The notes under the pieces were generated by a model that searched no databases, was not told where the DNA came from, and saw only the letters and a list, made by a program, of their open reading frames with translations. A DNA stretch of 29,654 nucleotides from positions 1 to 29,654 of the forward strand of contig JAJZVJ010000001.1 in assembly GCA_021845705.1 (NCBI GenBank), written 5' to 3'. The DNA comes from a bacterium. Its GTDB lineage: Bacteria; Elusimicrobiota; Elusimicrobia; Elusimicrobiales; UBA9959. Made by a program: the position numbers and the translations under genes. Below, one piece after another: positions 1 through 7,806 of this stretch (positions are counted from its first letter, which is position 1; every line of letters starts with the position of its first letter).

Positions 1-1
1 C

Positions 2-1585
2 GATCTGGAATGCGGTTTTGCCAACCACGTGGAGAAGAACTACTGCGACCAGTGCGGCTCGGTCCTGACCCTCCACCCCCCGCCCAAAAGCGAGATGCCG
101 CCCCCCCCGCCGGAGCCGCCCAAGCCTTTCAAAGTGGAGATGGAATCCATACAGGACACGGTGTCAGAACGGGCCACCTCTTTCAGGCTCAAACCCGTGG
201 AAGCGCCCCCGGCCGCGCCGCCGCCGCCAAAACCGGGAGCGGGCCCGGCGAAACCGCCTCCCCCGGGAAAACCGTCCGTGCTGGGCGTGCTTACCCCCGA
301 TTCCACGCGGCTGCCTAAGCAGACAGGCCTGCCCCGCGCCGTGGTCCAGACCAGGTTCAGAAGATTGCTGGGCCCGATAGTCACCACCATGATGGTTTCG
401 GTGCTGCTCGGCATACTTTACATGATCGCGGCCCCGTCCCTGCCGCGCCTGCGCCTGCTGATGACGGCGAAATCCTACCTTTCAAATATCTCGCAGGGCA
501 AATACGACAAGGCTTACGACCTGCTCTCCACCAATTCCAAAGCGGCCGTTGCGCTGGACGATTACGTGAAGAACAGCAAGGATTACTATTCGAAGGTTCC
601 GCCCTGGCAGTTCAAGGACGTGCAGGTTTTCGCCATGGAGAAGGACGCGGCCGTGATCCGCTACCAGCTTAAAGAGGGCACGACGGACTGGAAGAGCGAT
701 TATATCTCCTTTGTGCGCGAGAACGACCGCTGGGCGCGGCCGTATATCTGGGTCCTTTTCCAGCCTATCCAGGACGCCATGGACCAGCATGATTTCCCGC
801 ACGCCCTGTTCCTGGCCCAGCGGCTCTACCTTACCGACCCCATAGACCCGCGCTCCTCGGGCTATCTCTGCGACGCCGAGTTCTTTATGGGCCTTTACGG
901 GAAGTCCGTGGAATCCTGCAAGCGCACCATGGACTCGGCCGAGTCCTACCCGGTAGGCTACACCAGCCACATGATCTTCCTGTTCAACTGGCATTACGCC
1001 GACAGCCTGCGCTATCTTTCGCGGGACCGCGTCGCGCTGACCGAATACGAAAAGCTGCTTAAGTGGCCCGGCCTGACCACCGACGACACCTGCCCGCTCT
1101 ACCTGAACCGCGCCGATTCCTACGTGGCGCTTAAGGATTACGACAGGGCCCTGCGGGATGTGATGAAAGCCGATTCCATCTGCACCAAAAGCCCCTCCAA
1201 AGAAGAGGCCAAAAAGCGCCTGGCCTACATAAGCGGCAACGCCGGCGCCGAAGCCATAGCCTTCGCCCAGAAATCCCGCTTCCAGCCGGGCCAGCCGCCC
1301 ATCGGCGAGGCGCGGCAGCTGCAGCTTGCGGCCCTGAAGGTAAAACTGGGCAGGAAGAACGCGAGGCTGCTGCCCAGGGACAAGTGGCTGGCGGTGCACC
1401 TCGGAGGCCCGGAATACCGGGTGTTCCTGCGCCAGGAAAGCTTTAACCAGGCGAGTCGGAAAACCGAGACGCGGGATATTTTCATCTTCCTGGTGAACCT
1501 CTGGAGCAGCACCGGGAAAGTGGAAAAGTCCCCCGCGGCCGCGAACGCGGCGCCGGGAAGCGACGCCGGCGACGGCAGGCAGTGA
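2..1585 (+). CDS. 5'-truncated membrane protein: Zn-ribbon, Pro-rich linker, single TM helix, NTF2/DUF4878-like segment, TPR repeats
   Basis: The frame is open from base 2 (DLECGFANHVEKNYCDQCG, double-zinc-ribbon-like), so the GTG at 29 is probably not the start. It has poly-Pro runs, a hydrophobic helix LLGPIVTTMMVSVLLGILYMIAA, a YDKAYDLLS motif and TPR-like helices (LYLNRADSYVALKDYDRALRD). Confidence 0.75.
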   Translation, partial: DLECGFANHVEKNYCDQCGSVLTLHPPPKSEMPPPPPEPPKPFKVEMESIQDTVSERATSFRLKPVEAPPAAPPPPKPGAGPAKPPPPGKPSVLGVLTPDSTRLPKQTGLPRAVVQTRFRRLLGPIVTTMMVSVLLGILYMIAAPSLPRLRLLMTAKSYLSNISQGKYDKAYDLLSTNSKAAVALDDYVKNSKDYYSKVPPWQFKDVQVFAMEKDAAVIRYQLKEGTTDWKSDYISFVRENDRWARPYIWVLFQPIQDAMDQHDFPHALFLAQRLYLTDPIDPRSSGYLCDAEFFMGLYGKSVESCKRTMDSAESYPVGYTSHMIFLFNWHYADSLRYLSRDRVALTEYEKLLKWPGLTTDDTCPLYLNRADSYVALKDYDRALRDVMKADSICTKSPSKEEAKKRLAYISGNAGAEAIAFAQKSRFQPGQPPIGEARQLQLAALKVKLGRKNARLLPRDKWLAVHLGGPEYRVFLRQESFNQASRKTETRDIFIFLVNLWSSTGKVEKSPAAANAAPGSDAGDGRQ

Positions 1586-1637
1586 GCGGCTCCGGGAACG
1601 CCTTTCTTGACCGGCCGGGTATTTTAAAGGAGAAGTT

Positions 1638-2999
1638 ATGTTTAAAAAAGTTTTAATTGCCAACCGCGGCGAAATAGCCGTGCGCGTGATCCGCACGCTG
1701 CGCGAAATGGACGTGAAGTCGGTGGCGGTGTATTCCGAAGCCGACCGCTCCTCGCTCCACGTGCGCCTCGCGGACGAGGCCGTCTGCATCGGGCCCGCCA
1801 TGGCGCGCGAGAGCTACCTGAGCATCCCGGCCATAATTTCGGCCGCCAGGATAACTGGCGCCGACGCCATCCACCCCGGCTACGGTTTCCTGGCCGAGAA
1901 CGCGGATTTTTCCGCCGCCTGCCGCGACAACGGCATAACCTTCATAGGCCCCTCGCCCAAGTCCATACAGCAGCTGGGCCACAAGGCCGAGGCCAGGAAG
2001 ATGGCGGTCAAAGCCGGCATCCCGGTGACCCCGGGCACCAAAGAGTGCGTCGGCAAGGATTTCAGGAAAGACGCCGAGAAGGTGGGTTACCCGCTGATGA
2101 TAAAAGCGGCGGCCGGCGGCGGCGGCAAGGGCATCCGCATAGTGCGCGAAGCCTCCCAGCTGGCCAACGAGATGAACATGGCGCAGTCGGAGTCCAAGGC
2201 GGCCTTCGGCAACGACGAAGTATATTTTGAGAAATATATAGAACTGCCCCGCCATATAGAGGTGCAGTTCGCCCGCGATACCCACGGCAACGTGATAGCT
2301 TTCCCGGAGCGCGACTGTTCCATACAGCGCCGCCACCAGAAGCTGGTGGAGGAATCCCCTTCACCCGCGGTGACCAAGAAGCTCCGCGACAGCCTTGAAG
2401 AAGCCGCCGTAAAGCTGGCGGAAGCCGCCAATTACGTGGGCGTGGGCACGGTGGAATTCCTGCTGACCCAGCAGGGCGAGTTCTACTTCATGGAAGTGAA
2501 CACCCGCCTGCAGGTGGAGCATCCCGTGACGGAATTCATTACCGGCTTCGACCTGGTGCGCGAGCAGCTGCTGGCCGCCTCCGGCGAAAAACTTTCATAT
2601 ACCGGCAGCCACAGCGTTCCCTACCGCGGCCACTCCATAGAGCACCGCGTGAACGCCGAGGATTTTACCCGCAACTTCGCCCCCTCGGTGGGCAGGATAG
2701 ACGAGTGGCTGGTGCCCGGCGGCCCCGGCGTGCGCGTGGACACTCACGTGTACTCCGGCTACAACCTGCCCGTCTATTACGACAGCATGCTCGCCAAGCT
2801 CATAGTCTGGGCCCCGGACCGCGCTTCGGCCGTGGCCCGCTCAAGGCGCGCGCTGGAGGATTTCAAGGTTACGGGGGTAAAGACCACCATAGACGCCCAT
2901 AAACTCATAATAGAAAGCCCCGATTTCCAGGCCGGCAAGACCGATACCGGCTTCATGGAAAGGCTGCTCGCCCCGGCAGTGCCGGTAGCGGCCGAATAA
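1638..2999 (+). CDS. accC: acetyl-CoA carboxylase, biotin carboxylase subunit
   Basis: MFKKVLIANRGEIAVR start, HPGYGFLAEN, KAAAGGGGKG ATP-grasp loop, RDCSIQRRHQKL, EVNTRLQVEHPVTE, YYDSMLAKLI. AAGGAG RBS at about 1627-1632. Confidence 0.96.
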   Translation: MFKKVLIANRGEIAVRVIRTLREMDVKSVAVYSEADRSSLHVRLADEAVCIGPAMARESYLSIPAIISAARITGADAIHPGYGFLAENADFSAACRDNGITFIGPSPKSIQQLGHKAEARKMAVKAGIPVTPGTKECVGKDFRKDAEKVGYPLMIKAAAGGGGKGIRIVREASQLANEMNMAQSESKAAFGNDEVYFEKYIELPRHIEVQFARDTHGNVIAFPERDCSIQRRHQKLVEESPSPAVTKKLRDSLEEAAVKLAEAANYVGVGTVEFLLTQQGEFYFMEVNTRLQVEHPVTEFITGFDLVREQLLAASGEKLSYTGSHSVPYRGHSIEHRVNAEDFTRNFAPSVGRIDEWLVPGGPGVRVDTHVYSGYNLPVYYDSMLAKLIVWAPDRASAVARSRRALEDFKVTGVKTTIDAHKLIIESPDFQAGKTDTGFMERLLAPAVPVAAE

Positions 3000-3021
3000 A
3001 GCCACGGGCCGGGCGCCGAGA

Positions 3022-3516
3022 ATGAGAACAAGAGATAAGATAATATCCCTTAAAAAGGCGGTAGCCCTGCGCGCCGCCCTTAAGCGCGCGGGGAAGAAAG
3101 CCGTTTTCACCAATGGCTGTTTCGACCTTATCCACGCCGGCCATATAGCCTCCCTGGAGAAAGCCCGCTCCTTGGGGGATTTCCTTTTCCTGGGCCTCAA
3201 CTCCGACGCCTCGGTACGCCGGCTTAAGGGACCCTCCCGCCCCATAAACAAAGCGGCGGACAGGGCGGTGGTCCTGGCGGCCCTGCAGGCGGTGGACGCC
3301 GTGATAGTTTTCGCGCAGGATACCCCGCTCGAACTTATCCGGGCTTTAAGGCCGGACGTGCTCGCGAAGGGCGCCGATTACCTGAACAGGCCCGTGGCGG
3401 GCGCCGGCTTCGCCGGCCGGGTAGCGCTTATCCCGCTGCTGAAAGGCCGGTCCACGACGGTTTTAGCCGGGAAGCTGGCCAAAGCGAAGCCCGGCAGCCG
3501 CGGGAATAAGAAGTAA
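3022..3516 (+). CDS. rfaE2: D-glycero-beta-D-manno-heptose 1-phosphate adenylyltransferase (HldE domain II, cytidylyltransferase family)
   Basis: VFTNGCFDLIHAGH (HIGH motif), LGLNSDASVRRLKGPSRPIN, VFAQDTPLELIRALRPDVLAKGADY. Confidence 0.9.
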   Translation: MRTRDKIISLKKAVALRAALKRAGKKAVFTNGCFDLIHAGHIASLEKARSLGDFLFLGLNSDASVRRLKGPSRPINKAADRAVVLAALQAVDAVIVFAQDTPLELIRALRPDVLAKGADYLNRPVAGAGFAGRVALIPLLKGRSTTVLAGKLAKAKPGSRGNKK

Positions 3517-3636
3517 AAGCACAGGCCGCCCGGGCTTTCCGCCATAACAGCCGCCGCGCCCCGGACAAAAACCGCGCTTTTCATTGCCATTTTTTTTACC
3601 TAAACCCCCCTTAATTTAATAAAATATCAGGATACT

Positions 3637-4845
3637 ATGACAGATATTTTCGAGAAATGCAGGCACTTCACCATCGCCAAACAGCTGATGGAATCAGGCA
3701 TTTACCCCTATTTCAAGGAACTTGAATCCGAACAGGCCCCTGAAATAACGATAAAGGGTAAAAAATTCATAATGTTCGGCTCCAATAACTACCTGGGGCT
3801 GGCTAACGACCCGCGCATGAAGACAGCGGCCATCGACGCTGTTAAAAATTTCGGCACCGGCGTCGCCGGGTCGCGCTTCCTTAACGGCAACACCGTCCTG
3901 CACATGGAACTTGAGCGCAAACTGGCCGCTTTCAAAGGCCGTGAAGCGGCGCTTATTTACGCCACCGGCTACCAGATGAACCTGGGCGTTATCTCCGCCC
4001 TGGTGGGCAAGAACGATTTCGCCATCGTGGACAAGCTGGACCACGCCAGCATCCTGGACGGCTGCAGGCTTTCCCACGGCGAAATACGCCGCTACAAGCA
4101 CAACAACATGGCCGACCTGGAAAAAGTCCTCAAAGAAATAGGCCCCAGGCACGGCAAGCTGGTGATAGTTGACGGGGTCTTCTCGATGGAAGGCGATATC
4201 GCCCCTGTCCCCGAGATCTCCAGGCTCTGCAAAAAATACGGCGCCCGCCTTATGGTGGACGACGCCCACGCTACCGGCGTTATGGGCAAATACGGCCACG
4301 GGACCTCCGAACACTTCGGCCTTTCCCACAAGGAAGTGGACATCGTGGTTGGCACCTGCTCCAAGTCCCTGGCCTCGGTGGGCGGCTTCGCCGTGGGCGA
4401 CAAAGACATTATCCATTACATACAGCACCTTTCCCGCTCCATGATCTTTTCGGCCGCCCTGCCGCCCTCCTCCGTGGCCGCCATTTCCAGGGCCCTGGAC
4501 ATCATAGAAGAAGAGCCGGAGCGGATAAAGAAACTCTGGGACAACTCCAGGTACCTTATGAAGCGGTTCAAGGAAATGGGCCTGAACACGGGCGAAACCC
4601 GGACCCCCATCATCCCCGTGATCATAGGCGACAACGAAAAAACTTTCATGCTGTGGCGCATGCTTTACGATAACGGCCTGTTCACCAACCCGGTGGTCAG
4701 CCCCGCCGTCCCTCCGAAGCGCTCCCTTATACGCGTGGTAGCTACCGCTACACACACCCGCGAACAGCTGGACAGGGCCCTGAATATTTTCGAGACCTGC
4801 ATTAAAAAGATCCTAAAGAAAAAACCCGCCGCCCTGGTAAAATAG
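3637..4845 (+). CDS. spt: PLP-dependent alpha-oxoamine synthase, most like bacterial serine palmitoyltransferase
   Basis: N-terminal GIYPYFKELESEQ, FGSNNYLGL, GSRFLNGN, DKLDHASI, VDGVFSMEGD, VDDAHA, and PLP lysine in GTCSKSLASVGG (GTFSKS-like). These resemble Bacteroides-type Spt more than BioF or Kbl. The family call is secure; the Spt specificity is inferred. Confidence 0.75.
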   Translation: MTDIFEKCRHFTIAKQLMESGIYPYFKELESEQAPEITIKGKKFIMFGSNNYLGLANDPRMKTAAIDAVKNFGTGVAGSRFLNGNTVLHMELERKLAAFKGREAALIYATGYQMNLGVISALVGKNDFAIVDKLDHASILDGCRLSHGEIRRYKHNNMADLEKVLKEIGPRHGKLVIVDGVFSMEGDIAPVPEISRLCKKYGARLMVDDAHATGVMGKYGHGTSEHFGLSHKEVDIVVGTCSKSLASVGGFAVGDKDIIHYIQHLSRSMIFSAALPPSSVAAISRALDIIEEEPERIKKLWDNSRYLMKRFKEMGLNTGETRTPIIPVIIGDNEKTFMLWRMLYDNGLFTNPVVSPAVPPKRSLIRVVATATHTREQLDRALNIFETCIKKILKKKPAALVK

Positions 4846-4871
4846 CCAGGCGCGGCCGGAAAGAACCGCTT

Positions 4872-5984
4872 ATGCCTATTGAAATTCGGGAACTGGCCGA
4901 ATCGGAACTCGGCGACTTCGTGGACTACCCTTTCTCCCTCTTCCGGGAACACCCCTACTGGGTAGGGGAGCTGAAAAAAGACACCATCCACCTGCTTGAG
5001 CTCGGCCACCCTTTCTGGCGCCACGGCGAGCGGAAACTTTTCATGGCTTACAACGCCGGCCTCCCGGTCGGCCGCATAGCGGCCATAGTCAACAGCGCCC
5101 ATAATTCATTCCACGGCGAAAATTGCGGCTTCTTCGGCTTTTTCGACTGCGCCGAGGACCCGGAGGCCGCCGCCGGCCTTTTTACGGCGGCGGGGAAATA
5201 CCTGCGCGCGAAGGGGATGGACAAGGTGCGCGGCCCGGTCAACCCGTCCACCAACGAGACTTGCGGCCTGCTGGTGGAGGGTTTCGATTCCCCGCCGATG
5301 ATAATGATGACCTACAACCCGCCCTACTACGCCGGGCTGATAGAGGCCGCCGGCTTCTCCAAAGCAAAAGACCTGCTGGCCTATAACATGGCGGTCGCCG
5401 CCGGCTTCCCGGAACGCTTCGAGAAGATAGTGAAACGCATAAACAGGGGCGGCAACATAGCCGTGGAACTGGTGGACATAAAGAAACTCGACGAAGCCAT
5501 CGCGGAGATAAAAGACGTCTACAACTCCGCCTGGGAAAAGAACTGGGGCTTCATCCCGATGACGGACGCCGAGCTGGACGACATGGGCAAAGCCCTCAGG
5601 CCGATGCTCAAGCCGGATTACCTGTTCTTCGCCAGGGTGGACGGCAAGGCCGCCGCTTTCTGCCTTATGCTGCCGGACTTCAACGTACCCCTGAAAGCCG
5701 CGCGCGGCAGCCTTAACCCGCTGACCATCCTGCCTTTCCTTTATAACATGACCTTCAAGATCCGCGGCGGGCGCATGCTTACGCTCGGCGTCAAGAAAGA
5801 ATTCCGCGGCCGCGGGCTGGAGATGTTCCTCATAAAAAAAGCCATCGAGTCCGGCAAAAAGATGGGCTGGAAGAACGGCGAGATGTCCTGGACCCTTGAA
5901 GACAACACCCTTATAAACAACACTATAGAGTCCATAGGCGGAAAGGTGTACAAGAAGTACCGGATCTACGAGAAGAAGCTGTAA
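4872..5984 (+). CDS. GNAT-fold N-acyltransferase resembling bacterial ceramide synthase (bCerS)
   Basis: F..YP..L...P.W start, GRIAAIVN..HN, GFFGFFDC, RGPVNPSTNETCGLLVEGFDSPP..MTYNPPYY, WEKNWGFIPMT, LGVKKEFRGRG, EMSWTLEDN. It starts 26 bp after the spt-like gene. Confidence 0.7.
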   Translation: MPIEIRELAESELGDFVDYPFSLFREHPYWVGELKKDTIHLLELGHPFWRHGERKLFMAYNAGLPVGRIAAIVNSAHNSFHGENCGFFGFFDCAEDPEAAAGLFTAAGKYLRAKGMDKVRGPVNPSTNETCGLLVEGFDSPPMIMMTYNPPYYAGLIEAAGFSKAKDLLAYNMAVAAGFPERFEKIVKRINRGGNIAVELVDIKKLDEAIAEIKDVYNSAWEKNWGFIPMTDAELDDMGKALRPMLKPDYLFFARVDGKAAAFCLMLPDFNVPLKAARGSLNPLTILPFLYNMTFKIRGGRMLTLGVKKEFRGRGLEMFLIKKAIESGKKMGWKNGEMSWTLEDNTLINNTIESIGGKVYKKYRIYEKKL

Positions 5985-6008
5985 TTCCCTCCGGCCGGTC
6001 GCCATCGT

Positions 6009-6050
6009 TAATCTTTCCGTAATCTTTATTTAATCCCCCTCTGTTATAAT
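6009..6050 (+). promoter_or_regulatory. extended -10 promoter (TG-T-TATAAT) preceded by 11-bp-period direct repeats
   Basis: TG at 6042-6043 and TATAAT at 6045-6050, 6 nt before the ATG at 6057. TAATCTTT at 6009 and 6020, TAATCCCC at 6031. Confidence 0.6.
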
Positions 6051-6056
6051 TTCCAT

Positions 6057-7355
6057 ATGCGGTTCTCAGACCTGAAGAAGATAAAACAGCAAGCTTCCGA
6101 ACCTGCTTCCGGAAGGCGGGGCAGACCTGCGCCGGACCGGGGACCCGTTGCGGAGGAGGAGCTCGCGGGCGCGCGGCGGCCGGAACCGCCGGCAGCGCAG
6201 CCGCGGCCGGTCAGGCGGCCGGAACCCCCGATAGCCGAAAAACCCGCCCCTGAGCCTCTTTCAAAACAGCCTGAAGCCCCCGCGGCCGAACCCGGGCCGG
6301 GCGCGGCCGCCCCGGAACGGCCCGCTTCTAACTACGAAAGTCCCCAGAAAAGCCGGCGCGACGCCCGGGCCAAGGCCAGTGTTCCGCAAGCCGCCTTCAA
6401 GGACCTGGACGCAAGGGCCAGGGAAGTCTATTCAACACTTCTCGAACAGTCCGGAGCGTTAATAAAAGCCGTGGACCAGCCTTACACGGAAAAATACGAA
6501 GCGGTAGTTTCGGTCTGCAGGCTGGTTTCGGACACGCTCAGGACCAACGGCGTCCTTCTGAATTACACGACCTTCTCCACGGCCGACGACTATCTCCTCG
6601 CCCACACCGCCAATACTACGATACTTGCGCTGGCCATGGGCCTGGAAGCCGGCCTGGAGGAACCGGAACTCAGCCTGCTCGGGTTCTGCTCCATGGCCCA
6701 CGATATAGGCATGACGGAGTACTCTTCGCTCTATAACAGCCCGGAGCGCCTGGGCGAAAAAGAATTCGCGGAAATGTCGCTGCATGCCGAAGCCGGCGTG
6801 GCAAAACTTGAGCGGATAGTGGACCTGGACTACAGGATAAAAGAGCGGGCCAGGCACATAGTTCTGCAGACCCATGAGCGCGACGACGGATCGGGCTACC
6901 CGGACCGTCTTTCCGACGAGGAGATAGACCCCCTGGCCCAGCTGATAAGCATCGCCGACGTCTATGAAGCCCTGACGCACCCCAGGGCGTGGCGGGAAGC
7001 CATGAACCCGGCCGACGCGGTAAGGGACCTCGTGGAAAAGGAGGGCAGGGGTTTCAACGCCATGGCGGTAAAGGCGCTTATCTCCGCTATCTCTATTTAC
7101 CCGCCCGGTTCCATAGTGGCGCTTTCCTCAGGGGAGATAGCGCGGGTAATAAAGGCTACCCGCGGCTTCCTCACAAAGCCGCTTGTGGAGATCCTGCTGG
7201 ATCAGGATTTCTCCCGGTTACGGCCGTATAAACTCGACCTTTTCGAGCATCCTCTTGTCTCGATAGAACGCCCCGTCCCTTTTAAAGAGCTGGAAGCCCG
7301 CAACCCCAAGTTCGCCGCCGGCGTTGAAATGTCGCGCTGGTGGGTGGAGTGGTAG
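6057..7355 (+). CDS. HD-GYP domain protein (cyclic-di-nucleotide phosphodiesterase family, partly degenerate) with a disordered Pro/Ala/Glu-rich N-terminus
   Basis: LLAHTAN, MAHDIGM, QTHERDDGSGYP, ISIADVYEALTHPRAWR, and the typical C-terminal YPPGSIVALSSGEIARV extension. Confidence 0.85.
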   Translation: MRFSDLKKIKQQASEPASGRRGRPAPDRGPVAEEELAGARRPEPPAAQPRPVRRPEPPIAEKPAPEPLSKQPEAPAAEPGPGAAAPERPASNYESPQKSRRDARAKASVPQAAFKDLDARAREVYSTLLEQSGALIKAVDQPYTEKYEAVVSVCRLVSDTLRTNGVLLNYTTFSTADDYLLAHTANTTILALAMGLEAGLEEPELSLLGFCSMAHDIGMTEYSSLYNSPERLGEKEFAEMSLHAEAGVAKLERIVDLDYRIKERARHIVLQTHERDDGSGYPDRLSDEEIDPLAQLISIADVYEALTHPRAWREAMNPADAVRDLVEKEGRGFNAMAVKALISAISIYPPGSIVALSSGEIARVIKATRGFLTKPLVEILLDQDFSRLRPYKLDLFEHPLVSIERPVPFKELEARNPKFAAGVEMSRWWVEW

Positions 7356-7405
7356 CGCGCGGAACGAAAATACCACCCCGAGACCCTCCGGCCGCCCGGC
7401 AGAAC

Positions 7406-7780
7406 ATGGACAAAAAACAACTTTTATTCATCGAAGACGAGGGCTACGTCATCGACCGGGTGAACGAGATCCTGAACGCGTTCCCGCAATTCGAGGTAAC
7501 GCGCCTGAAAGAAGCGGAGGCCGCCCGGGCCCTGCTGGAGGAAAAGTCTTTCGATATAGTTATAACCGATATTTACCTGCGCGGCGCCAGCGGCCTGGAA
7601 TTCTCTTTCAAGGCCAGGGAAAAAAACAAGGACGCCTGCGTTATCCTGATCACCGGCCTGGACAACGCGGATATGGCCGCCAAGGCCGTCAGGGAAGGGG
7701 CTTTCGATTTTGTGATAAGACCGCCGGGGCTTGAACGGCTTACGAATATTTTAAAAATGGTCACGCTGGTGCGCGGGTAA
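7406..7780 (+). CDS. stand-alone response-regulator receiver domain
   Basis: LLFIEDE acidic pocket, DIVITDIYL phospho-Asp, VILITG, GAFDFVIRP. The ATG at 7406 is preferred over the GTG at 7340, which overlaps the upstream gene. Confidence 0.85.
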   Translation: MDKKQLLFIEDEGYVIDRVNEILNAFPQFEVTRLKEAEAARALLEEKSFDIVITDIYLRGASGLEFSFKAREKNKDACVILITGLDNADMAAKAVREGAFDFVIRPPGLERLTNILKMVTLVRG

Positions 7781-7806
7781 CGGTCCAGGGCTTTTTCAGC
7801 GGACCG

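Noticed and set aside
482-1801. 439-aa minus-strand ORF, and similar long antisense ORFs at 1653..2336, 3694..4755 and 5106..6005
   Set aside because: They lie opposite genes with clear family motifs and have no motifs of their own; they are typical shadow ORFs of GC-rich DNA.
3637-4845. Annotation as bioF or kbl
   Set aside because: The N-terminal GIYPYF and GTxSKS motifs and the bCerS-like neighbour fit Spt better, and no bio or tdh genes are nearby. Not formally excluded without a tree.
7340-7405. GTG-initiated 22-aa extension of the receiver protein
   Set aside because: It overlaps the HD-GYP stop and is not receiver-like; the ATG at 7406 gives a complete domain.
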